From: a virus | Lineage: Duplodnaviria > Caudoviricetes | Direction: 5' to 3' (one strand) | Virus record (IMG/VR): IMGVR_UViG_3300032087_000618 | Span: 1-54,067 of that record | Length of the DNA: 54,067 bases | Shown: in pieces, positions 46,301 to 54,067 of the stretch | How positions within the stretch are numbered: the first letter of the stretch is position 1 | How the letters are laid out: every line of letters starts with the position of its first letter | Translations under genes and position numbers: made by a program | Notes under the pieces: generated by a model | What the model was told of the DNA's origin: nothing | The model's database searches: none | Seen by the model: only the letters and a program-made list of their open reading frames with translations

Positions 46301-48111
46301 AAAACATAACTGCTAGGCAGAGTCAAACATCTGAGCCGTTAATAGGTAAGCTACAGGATCACATCTTTAGAAGTAAGGCTTTCTTGAAAGAGAAAATAGC
46401 TAAGGATAAAGATACTTTTATTAAGTTACTTATGCAGGAGAAAGGTCTTAGCAAGGAAAATGCAGAGGCTGTTACAGATACTATACTAGATAACCCAGAT
46501 GCTAACTCATTAGAGGATGCATTTGATTTGACTAGAGGTGGTCTATACCCTGCAGGATTCAAGCGTAGATCATTAGACATTGCAGATAGTAAGGCTTTTG
46601 ATGGGTTCTTGCAGAACAATATCTTTGATAACCTTGAGCAGAACATGAAAAGCTCTGCACGATACATGACATCTTTGAAGTTCTTAGGTAAGAATAATAA
46701 ACTAATGGATCAGTTGCTAACTAAAGTTCACGATGAGTTAGTTGATAAGGGTAACCCTGATGCTGATGAGATAGTGCAAGACCTAGCTATGCACATAAGG
46801 GACCTTGTAAACGCTGACTCAGGTAACTACAGACGTATTGAAAGCGAAGCTGTACGTGGTGCTCAGAAGTTTATGACAGTAGTTGGTGTACTAACCATGC
46901 TACCCCTTGCTGCCCCTATGTCCTTAGTGGAGTTTGCACTAGCCCCTATGAATGTAAACATCCAAGCATTGAACAAAAACATTGGTTCTCTGGGTATGAT
47001 ACTTGGTAGAGAAATGTTTGAGTACTTTGCTGAGATAGGTAGGATCATGGGTGTGGCACCTAAGCGTAGTAACTTTGATACTGCTATTAAAGCTCGTAAG
47101 GAAAGAATGGGTGATGATCCAAGATACGTAGGTATCGAAGATCCCCGAGGACTTCTTAAGCGCATAGGTATGCTACAGCAGAAAACTGGTCAGGCTACCC
47201 TGGTTGGTGTATCTGAGACAAGTGAGTTTACTAAGGCTTTGATGGATAACTTCTTCAAGATTATTGGTTTGACTAGTGTAACTAATGCTACTCGTACATT
47301 GCGTGCTGCATTCTTTAACGACTTCTTAATCAGTAACTTGGATAAAATCCATTCAGCTGGTCTTTTGCAAACCAATGAAGTTGTTGAAGCTCGTCAGATG
47401 CTTGAAGAGTTTGGTATACCTGTAGACACTATGATTGATTTATCTATAGCAGTTAAGGCTGACCCAGATAACCCCCAGCTTAGAGCACAGTGGGAACGTC
47501 AGTTTGATAATGGATTGTTAAACTTTGTCAATGGTGCAGTACCTATGCCTCAGGCTATGACACGACCATTGGTATACAGTGATCCACACTTTGCTATGTT
47601 TATGCAGTTTCAAGGGTTTATTTCTCAGTTCACAGCGGTACATATTCCAAGGATTTGGAAGACAATCAATAAAGCTACCCCCGGCATGAAGTACTCTATG
47701 TTTGCTTCTTTAGCATCCATGTTAATGCTAGGGTATGCTGCTCAGTATCTCAAGGATCTTATTAAGTTTGGTGAAGGATCTCCATACTTATCAGATAATG
47801 AGAAATACTTACGTGCTCTGTATAGCTCAGGTTTACTTGGTACGACTGAAAGGATAATTAGTAATAACTTTTTATTTCCTTTATACGAAGATAGAAGCAG
47901 GTCACTTGTAGAAGCTACTTGGAACTTAGTAGCCGGAGAAGCCCCTGCATCTAATATTGTTGAGAACATATATGGATTAGGACAAGGTGCATTGGATGAT
48001 AACTCAAGAAAGATAGTTAAGTCTGGTCTTTCTTTGACACCTTTCTCACCTTTAAAACATAGAATATACGATGAACTAGTCCAAAACAATTGGATAACAG
48101 GAGATGAATAA
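43372..48111 (+). CDS. large internal virion protein with N-terminal T4-type lysozyme and staphylococcal-nuclease-like domains
   Basis: EGYVATPYLDTKGILTQGVG (E-x8-D-x5-T); VDGDT...IRLGGIDLAE...DSYGR...LIASGIA. Confidence 0.8.
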   Translation: MSYIINQNQEEEELEPIEGSQADLTPEAPSEEKKVYHGAQAVEQVSQNIGRPLTYAEQRVVEEEGYVATPYLDTKGILTQGVGQTGEWIEKGFEAAFQHHVERTERRIPNLKELPDTLQAELIQAEYRGDLGQSPTFLKLFNQGFYHTAAEEFLDHKEYRESKEKGSGVHKRMKRVSDAVAMFASGETVKGEAVPEAARFETDYNIGTSGFVTVDGDTFKNKETGVKIRLGGIDLAETNKVVADKGFIRGEGGGDVTKVIVSALFNKYGFTNPVITDEKDSYGRNIGDMVDDQGNSGTDFLIASGIATPTFIGNTKETMSDEEYSRYVYNMGQRAIRDPKKPKTDIELAAELIRTAEYAPTNGQFVAKQLAFNEAEFALMPELFSGVVLRNKNATFDNRSKTPYSQSFDNALEMVRNSFFQIASMGLDVAGFDEAEAYMQGRVDYSKSRLKDMPKVRLDYKDVDWTNLDQIGEYLGANLAMSLPFMGVTAASLLLAGPTGGASLSAPVMMYTGLIIDEMPGELEDKSYTSAVVGGSIAAALDVFGLRGALGLLKPSQFMTGEAKEAAIEAVQNAKGESLQRIISVLGKEAGDSATTGVLTREQAELALARSSKRQIAALSAGVKEKVDQQLRKSVLLKQFTKDLTAGAAFEGSTEMLQELTQYTAVVIGSDEVWNFDKLQDRLANALVAGGLMGAGFAAPGSVWEAGAWKDASVAMAEYDKRYDEAATTWKEEEVEQFGKVRDLDEALDAEWDEVSQREGKPLVKKGAKLPENFDQLSLEEQADILMGSGGPVIRLEEYADKGEERRSATPRSDKLVDMFKDPVAALRTALDTRMTVDLLNQSPSARLIYSMLGGRKNQVQAGLDFTSDKVASYTGFEGMLRGGTIQNILNTFQTEGKRYGRQRTEVSALIYDFYGTVIRPITQPKGKKSSNKERLTGPEVIAAIDWDNLPTRFQKNSQALKDIVTDLYAVDNAMWKNITARQSQTSEPLIGKLQDHIFRSKAFLKEKIAKDKDTFIKLLMQEKGLSKENAEAVTDTILDNPDANSLEDAFDLTRGGLYPAGFKRRSLDIADSKAFDGFLQNNIFDNLEQNMKSSARYMTSLKFLGKNNKLMDQLLTKVHDELVDKGNPDADEIVQDLAMHIRDLVNADSGNYRRIESEAVRGAQKFMTVVGVLTMLPLAAPMSLVEFALAPMNVNIQALNKNIGSLGMILGREMFEYFAEIGRIMGVAPKRSNFDTAIKARKERMGDDPRYVGIEDPRGLLKRIGMLQQKTGQATLVGVSETSEFTKALMDNFFKIIGLTSVTNATRTLRAAFFNDFLISNLDKIHSAGLLQTNEVVEARQMLEEFGIPVDTMIDLSIAVKADPDNPQLRAQWERQFDNGLLNFVNGAVPMPQAMTRPLVYSDPHFAMFMQFQGFISQFTAVHIPRIWKTINKATPGMKYSMFASLASMLMLGYAAQYLKDLIKFGEGSPYLSDNEKYLRALYSSGLLGTTERIISNNFLFPLYEDRSRSLVEATWNLVAGEAPASNIVENIYGLGQGALDDNSRKIVKSGLSLTPFSPLKHRIYDELVQNNWITGDE

Positions 48112-51100
48112 TGGCTAAAGGTCGAAGACTATCAGGTCAAGTAGCGCCACTTACAGAGGAAGAAAAAGCAGCAGCTCGAGAAGCAGAGGTAGCTAAGATC
48201 AAAGCAGGTTTACTAGACCAAGCAAATACAGCTGGTACTTTAGGATTAGAGGGACAAGATACAGGGCCACAGGAAGGCCCACCTATTGCACTTCCATCTG
48301 AAACTATTGCAGAAGATCTTAGAAATGTACAGGTTACTCCTCAGGAATCTCAGTTAGCTACGCAAGTAGAGACTGAGGCTACCCCTGAGGCTACACCTCA
48401 ACCTCAGCAAACCCCTATAGCCCAAGCGGTTTCACAAGCAAACCAAGAAAAGTTTGGTCTAACCCCTGAGCAACAAATAGAACGTGAGAATATTAGAGTC
48501 CCCTCTGTCATGGAAGCAGCAGGGGTCGCTAGGGATCGTCTAAACTTACGTAATCAGATTGGAGATAATAATGCTGATCGATTTGATTTAATGGCAGAAA
48601 AGTCTGACTACACCCACCCTGTTACTATGAGCGTTACAGACGCAATTCAGTTTGACCCTGTGCTAGAAGTATCAGATCCTGGGTTTCAGGAAGGACTTGA
48701 GGTACTAGATAAAGAAGCTTTTGAGGTAGAAGATAAAGGTAAAAGACCCTTGCGTGTAAATACTCAAGGTGCCCCTTTAAGACTTAATAGATCTAACATA
48801 CTACTATCAAATAAAGTTCTTGGTATTGGTATAAAGAATCCTAACTTTGATCCCACTGCTATTAAACTTAATGATAAAGGTGGCGTGGCTAACTATGAGG
48901 GAGCTAACCAACAGCCTTTTATACTGGATACTCGTTATATACCTACAATAGCTGCTGTAATTGAAGACATGCTTGTTAAGACTCAAAGAGATATCGAGTT
49001 TGAATCTGGGGCTAACTTAGACCAACCCCCTCTAGATATCGAAATGGATTCTGTTGACCCTACAGCTGCTGAAGTTTATAGGGAACAAGCTGGAAGGGCT
49101 GCACTGGGTAGATCTTTATTCCAAGCAATACGAAGAGAGAAAGCATACTTTGCTGGTGAGCCAACAGACACTTACATGGATGACTTTAAGAATACTACAC
49201 CAGAAACTTTTGAAGCTATTGGTGAAATGTTCTTAGATTATTATGCTACAGTTGCTCCACATATGGTCACTGTTACAAAAGGAACTTATAACACTGGAAC
49301 AGGTGAAGCTACTCAAAGGTCTTATGCTTTATCACCTGAAGCTTATATTGAGTTACAAGAATCTCGTGTAAAAGTACCAGACTTTAAGGCTAAGTTTCTT
49401 ACAATGAAACCTGAACTTGGCACTATACCCTTCGAAGGTATGCTGTTGAAGACAGAGACAGGTGTTATACCTACACCTAAGTCACAACCATTAGTTGAAG
49501 CTAAGATTAATGCTAGTCAAGTTACTAATGTTATTGATGGTAGAAGAGGTTCACTGGCTTTAATGCTTGGTGTACATGCATATGCTACTGCGGTAAAGAA
49601 ACCAGAGGCTAATATAGAATCCGCTAACTTTACTCTTAATGCTATGGATATGGGTCCTGCCCGTATGAATAAGATTAGAAGTATCTATGCTACTCAAAAA
49701 CTTAAGCGTGATATTGCTGACGAAAAGATAAAAGAAATAGACAGGAAGTCTGAACTTAGCGTTGGTGACTCAATACGCAGACAGCAGCTGGAAGCAGAAA
49801 AGCTTTTTAGAGAAGACTTGATGAAGAAGTATGAGTTAGGGAAACCTCTTGATGAAACAGGAACTAATGAGCTACAGGCTTTGTATTATCAACATGCTAA
49901 TAAAAACTTAGAGACCCTTAACTTCATTGCTAGGAATGGTGATGCACCTTTCTATCACACATTTGTAACCCAGAAAGGTAGCCAGCGTTTAACTACAGCT
50001 CAGTACTTATCTTTCCAGAATAGCCACTTGATGCGTAACGTCATTGGCTCTGGTGCTAAGGTTGAGATTAAACCGCTAAGAGGTGGTGAGATAGAGGATA
50101 ACTTCTTATGGTCTGCTAGTACTATCTTCTTTGGTGGTGGTGGTAAACTAAAAGAAGCGGCAATTAGTGATGCTTTGTTTAACATAAAAGAAAAGACACC
50201 TACTTACCAGAACGTTGTTAAGCTAGGTGGTAGGTTAAAAGAGTACTTAGGGATGTTTGATAAAGAGGGTGCGGTTAACTCCTTGAAGAACCTAAAGACT
50301 ACCCCTCAGGGTATCTCAGGTCTTAATGGGTTGAATGGTACATTACCACAGCCTATGCTTCAGGATAAAGAGCTAATGACTTTCTTAGAAGCCTTAAGTA
50401 ACTCTAAGGATTCTCACAAGCATATGATACAGCATCTCGATTATATGATGGCAATGGCTGAGTATGACCAAGCTATGAAGGATGGTACATCTTTCCACAC
50501 TTCTGTTAATGGGGTGGAGATTGACGGTATCTCTAACGGTCTTGCTAGTTTCTTTGTTATGCTAGGTCAGTACAATAAACTGCCTCGTATAGGTGTCACT
50601 AGGGCTGAAGGTTCTGAAGAAGTACTTGGTATGTGGAAAGACTTACCAAATGTTTTGACTGTACCAGAGGCATACGCAGGTGATATTAGGGAAACTTTGG
50701 CTGAAACTCTTCGTTTAAACATGGGCAACGAGGTATCCTCTCTTGCTATGTTTGACAGAAACATAATGGAAGAGTTTGGTTATAGTGAGCAAGACATACC
50801 TAAGCTTCGTAAGATATTAGAGATAGCACTTAAGAAAGAAAACAAAGCAACTTTCCTTAAAGCCCCTATACTTACTTTCCCTTATGGGCAAGAAACTAAA
50901 AATCTAATTGGTTCTATCTACGAAACTATTGTAGCAGATCCAGAGTTATACAAAGAAATTGAATCTTTCTTTGGTAATTTACCTACGGGTGCTAGGTTCT
51001 TAGATATGATTAGGATGCAGGCTCTTAGGTCTACTTTAGGTTATGATGTAATGTTATTCTCTAATCTAGCAAAAGCTGCTGTTGACTTTTCAAGTATCTA

Positions 51101-52097
51101 TAACAGGTACATGTCTGTGACAAACCCAGCAGGCGGTGAGTCTATGTTTGTAGGTAAAGAAACAAAACGTACAGAACGTACAGTTGACCTTAAAGCTACA
51201 TCCAGAAGAGACAAGAAGACAGGTAGAGCAAAACCTTTGATAGCTGCTATGGAAAGACAAAAAGCTAAAGCTGAAGCTGCAGGTGATCTTGAGTCAGCTA
51301 CTAAGTACTCTCAACTTATCAAGGAAACTAAGTCCCCTAGACCCATGGAGATTGCTAAGAAGAAATCATTCCTTAGCCCTTTGACTGCACGTAGAGGTAT
51401 TAGTGGGGGTGTTGCTCATGGTTCTGTATTACCTAACATTGCTCAAGGACTTGACGGTGCTACGGTAATTAAGACTTTTAGTGGCCCTGCTTGGAATGCT
51501 CTAAGTAAAACAGCTGACGGTGAACCTTGGGTTCTTCCTGTATATGATGCTTTCATTACAGATCTTAGATCAATGGGTAAGATGACAAGCATTATAAACT
51601 CTCAGTGGTTTAACATGACATCTGAAACTACTATCATTGATGAAATGGTACAAGGGTTGGATAGGAATGTTAAGCAAGGGAGGAAGATATTTAGTAAGCT
51701 AGCGCAGGAAGGTGGTGTGATTGATGAGGCAGAGCATGGAGCTCTTGCAGATCATGTAGTAAACATGCTGACTTATGCTAAACTTTCAGAGGAAGAAAGA
51801 GGTGAAGCCCAGTCTCTTATTCAGGCGTTAACTGGTGAGTATGTTAGCGGTGGTGTTCAAACAAAACAATCAAGGAACTATCAGAATCTTTATAGTGCCC
51901 AGTTGTTTTTAGAGCAGACTGTCTTTTTCAATACACAAAGAGATATTACTAGATTAGCTCAGAAGTCTAAAGAAGGCAGAGCAAAGATAAGAAGTAAAGT
52001 TAAAGCTGACAAAGAAGGTTATGGACATGAAGTCCTGCAGTATGCTATGGATGACATAGGCCTTGATAAGTCTGCAATGGCATTATTAGATACATAA
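48111..52097 (+). CDS. putative virion-encapsidated single-subunit RNA polymerase (N4 vRNAP-like, compact)
   Basis: Motifs in the correct order: FYHTFVTQKGSQRL..LSFQ, motif A EIDGISNG, motif B LKAPILTFPYG, PNIAQGLDG, motif C VLPVYDAF. Last gene of the ejection cluster. Confidence 0.8.
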   Translation: MAKGRRLSGQVAPLTEEEKAAAREAEVAKIKAGLLDQANTAGTLGLEGQDTGPQEGPPIALPSETIAEDLRNVQVTPQESQLATQVETEATPEATPQPQQTPIAQAVSQANQEKFGLTPEQQIERENIRVPSVMEAAGVARDRLNLRNQIGDNNADRFDLMAEKSDYTHPVTMSVTDAIQFDPVLEVSDPGFQEGLEVLDKEAFEVEDKGKRPLRVNTQGAPLRLNRSNILLSNKVLGIGIKNPNFDPTAIKLNDKGGVANYEGANQQPFILDTRYIPTIAAVIEDMLVKTQRDIEFESGANLDQPPLDIEMDSVDPTAAEVYREQAGRAALGRSLFQAIRREKAYFAGEPTDTYMDDFKNTTPETFEAIGEMFLDYYATVAPHMVTVTKGTYNTGTGEATQRSYALSPEAYIELQESRVKVPDFKAKFLTMKPELGTIPFEGMLLKTETGVIPTPKSQPLVEAKINASQVTNVIDGRRGSLALMLGVHAYATAVKKPEANIESANFTLNAMDMGPARMNKIRSIYATQKLKRDIADEKIKEIDRKSELSVGDSIRRQQLEAEKLFREDLMKKYELGKPLDETGTNELQALYYQHANKNLETLNFIARNGDAPFYHTFVTQKGSQRLTTAQYLSFQNSHLMRNVIGSGAKVEIKPLRGGEIEDNFLWSASTIFFGGGGKLKEAAISDALFNIKEKTPTYQNVVKLGGRLKEYLGMFDKEGAVNSLKNLKTTPQGISGLNGLNGTLPQPMLQDKELMTFLEALSNSKDSHKHMIQHLDYMMAMAEYDQAMKDGTSFHTSVNGVEIDGISNGLASFFVMLGQYNKLPRIGVTRAEGSEEVLGMWKDLPNVLTVPEAYAGDIRETLAETLRLNMGNEVSSLAMFDRNIMEEFGYSEQDIPKLRKILEIALKKENKATFLKAPILTFPYGQETKNLIGSIYETIVADPELYKEIESFFGNLPTGARFLDMIRMQALRSTLGYDVMLFSNLAKAAVDFSSIYNRYMSVTNPAGGESMFVGKETKRTERTVDLKATSRRDKKTGRAKPLIAAMERQKAKAEAAGDLESATKYSQLIKETKSPRPMEIAKKKSFLSPLTARRGISGGVAHGSVLPNIAQGLDGATVIKTFSGPAWNALSKTADGEPWVLPVYDAFITDLRSMGKMTSIINSQWFNMTSETTIIDEMVQGLDRNVKQGRKIFSKLAQEGGVIDEAEHGALADHVVNMLTYAKLSEEERGEAQSLIQALTGEYVSGGVQTKQSRNYQNLYSAQLFLEQTVFFNTQRDITRLAQKSKEGRAKIRSKVKADKEGYGHEVLQYAMDDIGLDKSAMALLDT

Positions 52098-52098
52098 T

Positions 52099-52129
52099 AA
52101 AAAAAAAGAGGAGCCCGTTAAGGCCCCTC
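52099..52129 (-). terminator. terminator of the minus-strand arm
   Basis: Minus strand GAGGGGCC-TTAACG-GGCTCCTC then T9. Confidence 0.85.
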
Positions 52130-52150
52130 AGGAATCATGGAAGATTCATT

Positions 52151-52178
52151 GGACCCCTTAATTGGGGTCCTTTTTTTT
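52151..52178 (+). terminator. terminator of the virion operon
   Basis: GGACCCC-TTAATT-GGGGTCC then T8. Confidence 0.88.
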
Positions 52179-52455
52179 AATAACCTTTCTTCTCAAGGTT
52201 TGGTAAAGCTTCTGCAACGTTCGCTTTAGCGTACGCAATCATCTTATCTGTAAGAGCCCTAGCTTCCTCGGGGCTTTTACCGTCTGCAAGATAGAATGCA
52301 TAGTTCTCTGTTGCAATGCTTTGTATAATTGCATCATTGATCGCAGGTGTATAGGCTACACTAGGATCTAACTCTAACTCTGATACATAATCCATATCAT
52401 CTACACCTTCATGGCGCATGATGTTATAGGATTTATTTTTCTTTTCTTCACTCAT
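52177..52455 (-). CDS. hypothetical protein
   Basis: 92-aa ORF with AAGGA RBS. Confidence 0.7.
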   Translation of the reverse strand: MSEEKKNKSYNIMRHEGVDDMDYVSELELDPSVAYTPAINDAIIQSIATENYAFYLADGKSPEEARALTDKMIAYAKANVAEALPNLEKKGY

Positions 52456-52457
52456 AA

Positions 52458-52790
52458 TTATTCATCCTTAACGAATATGCCATCAACCATTCGTCCAGTT
52501 CGTTTACTGATAACCTCATAAGCTTGATCGAGGCACTCGTATAAATTAGTATTCCACAGGCGTGTCTGCATGATAAGAGTAACAAGTATGTCACCAATGG
52601 CATCTACCGCCTCCTCTCTGTTGTTACTGGCAATAGCATCGGCTAGCTCCTTAACTTCCTCTTCGGTCTTTACTAACTGCTTAGACCGTATGAATGTATC
52701 TGGAGCATTGGTTGTAAGTATCCCTCGGCTATAGCCCCAGTCAACTACCTTATTCTCCAGCTCTTCCATTATCTCGTACTTACTCATCAT
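52458..52790 (-). CDS. MazG-like nucleotide pyrophosphohydrolase
   Basis: KTEEEVKEL...DAIGDILVTL...AYEVISKRTGRMVDGIFVK. Confidence 0.85.
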   Translation of the reverse strand: MMSKYEIMEELENKVVDWGYSRGILTTNAPDTFIRSKQLVKTEEEVKELADAIASNNREEAVDAIGDILVTLIMQTRLWNTNLYECLDQAYEVISKRTGRMVDGIFVKDE

Positions 52791-52998
52791 TATCTCCTAT
52801 AGACCCTAAGCTTACCATTGTTGCGATTAAATTAAGAGAGCCGATCATAGCAACATTGGATATCCTACCACTGTACTTTTCAAGTACTTCCCCAATATCA
52901 CCTACCAAAGCCTCCTCTACTGCTAGGTGTGCATCCGTTAGGATAGGTTCATCTGTGTTGTGAACTCCCGGCATCTTTACTACTTTATCATCACTCAT
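52780..52998 (-). CDS. hypothetical protein
   Basis: 72-aa ORF with AAGGA RBS. Confidence 0.7.
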   Translation of the reverse strand: MSDDKVVKMPGVHNTDEPILTDAHLAVEEALVGDIGEVLEKYSGRISNVAMIGSLNLIATMVSLGSIGDNDE

Positions 52999-53013
52999 TT
53001 TATATCCTTTATG

Positions 53014-54066
53014 TTAGCTAAAGAAGTAGTCAGAACTAATGACTTCCTCTATCTTAAGATCACCCAGCTCTGGTTGCTTAACTGAGTAACCCTTACGGTC
53101 TTCTAGGATTAAAGATTCTATCTTATCAAAGAAGTTTTCTACATTGTACATCATAGCAAACTGCCACTTAGTATGCTCTAGTAGTTTGTCTACATCACAA
53201 GCATGGGTTGAGAACGAATCATGTACTGCCCCAAAGCTCCCAGGGAATGATTCGATAACCTTAGCCATATGTGATGCATCCATAGAGTGTACAAAGTTAG
53301 GCGAACAGCCTGATGCAAACGACCTTCGGCAGGGTATAGCATTACCTTCTTTATTTATTACAGGTATCTTTATGCTATGACCTATCTGCCCTAGGCCACC
53401 TATGGTACTGCGTAGTGTCAAGTTCTTTTGTTTCCATACTTCGTATAGCACAGGGAAACCTGACGGTGTAGTCCACTGAAGGCATGTCTCTCCACTTTCA
53501 AGAACATAGTCTGTTATTTTCTGGAGAAACTTCATGGTCTTTAGGGGACCTACACAGGTATCATTAATGGCTAGTATAAGGTTCTTTGCCAGAACATCAC
53601 AGTCTTCCTTTGTGATCTTATACTTCCTATGATAACCCTCTGTCTTACAATCGTAAAACATATTCTCTGCAATCTTTCTTTGACCTGCAGAGTACGCCCT
53701 TGTCATTGAGCCACGTTTAGCTATGCCCTTTCTGATAGCTTTCATAGGCATATTTCTTTGCTCAAACCACTCAGGCATTCTATCAATCAAACGTTTCGCA
53801 ACCTTTACATAGAAGTCTTTTTGTATACTCTGAGGAACAATTGAGACTAACTTACCAGCCTGACTGTCCTTAGACATCGCAGCCAGATGCTGCCAGCCAT
53901 TGTTACTTCCATCTACAGGTATAGGTAGTCTCGAATGATAGACTCCCTCGGACTCTACGTAGCCTTTGAGATCAAGACAACATGCCAGTAGGGACACTGG
54001 CTTTTCTGCTTCCATCCTGAACTTCATCTCTTTTGCATCCTGTATCAGTTCTTTCTGATTGTGGAT
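53014..54066 (-). CDS. T7-like single-subunit RNA polymerase, C-terminal part
   Basis: Motif A PVDGSNNGWQH, motif B RKGIAKRGSMTRAYS, WTTPSGF, PNFVHSMDA, motif C VHDSF, YFFS end; frame open to the window edge. Confidence 0.95.
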   Translation of the reverse strand: MHNQKELIQDAKEMKFRMEAEKPVSLLACCLDLKGYVESEGVYHSRLPIPVDGSNNGWQHLAAMSKDSQAGKLVSIVPQSIQKDFYVKVAKRLIDRMPEWFEQRNMPMKAIRKGIAKRGSMTRAYSAGQRKIAENMFYDCKTEGYHRKYKITKEDCDVLAKNLILAINDTCVGPLKTMKFLQKITDYVLESGETCLQWTTPSGFPVLYEVWKQKNLTLRSTIGGLGQIGHSIKIPVINKEGNAIPCRRSFASGCSPNFVHSMDASHMAKVIESFPGSFGAVHDSFSTHACDVDKLLEHTKWQFAMMYNVENFFDKIESLILEDRKGYSVKQPELGDLKIEEVISSDYFFS

Positions 54067-54067
54067 T

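Noticed and set aside
1-54067. Assignment to Schitoviridae (N4-like) or Autographiviridae; tRNA, integrase, alternative genetic code
   Set aside because: The small vRNAP-like gene, single-chain second RNAP, SU10-type capsid and divergent layout fit neither family cleanly. No tRNA or integrase was seen. All three stop codons end genes normally.

Overview
Near-complete, circularly permuted genome of a lytic podovirus-like tailed phage, probably marine (class II RNR, ThyX, typical marine-phage small ORFs). It has two arms transcribed away from a palindrome-rich non-coding region at about 19.5-20.1 kb. The minus-strand arm runs from 19.5 kb to base 1 and continues from 54067 to 52.2 kb. It carries two putative early genes, a phiEco32/PaP3/RIO-1-type amide-ligase cluster, SSB, a probable small terminase, nucleotide-metabolism genes, a T7-like replisome and a short T7-like RNA polymerase split by the window ends. 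The plus-strand arm (20.1-52.1 kb) carries terminase, portal, scaffold, capsid, tail, lysis and ejection genes. The most notable feature is a second, divergent single-subunit RNA polymerase of 1328 aa at the end of the virion operon. It looks like a miniature N4-style virion RNAP. It occurs together with candidate C-GAA-G hairpin promoters, an early second SSB, a repeated ACCGACA box after terminators, and a 22-bp T7-style late promoter shared by terL and the displaced terS. Together these suggest a three-stage transcription programme ordered differently from N4 or T7. Other oddities are a PolA with paired active-site changes (steric-gate E to Q, motif B Y to F), an ejection protein fusing lysozyme and staphylococcal-nuclease domains, and a tail protein ending in a Hint domain. 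All assignments come from motif recognition by eye; no database search was run.
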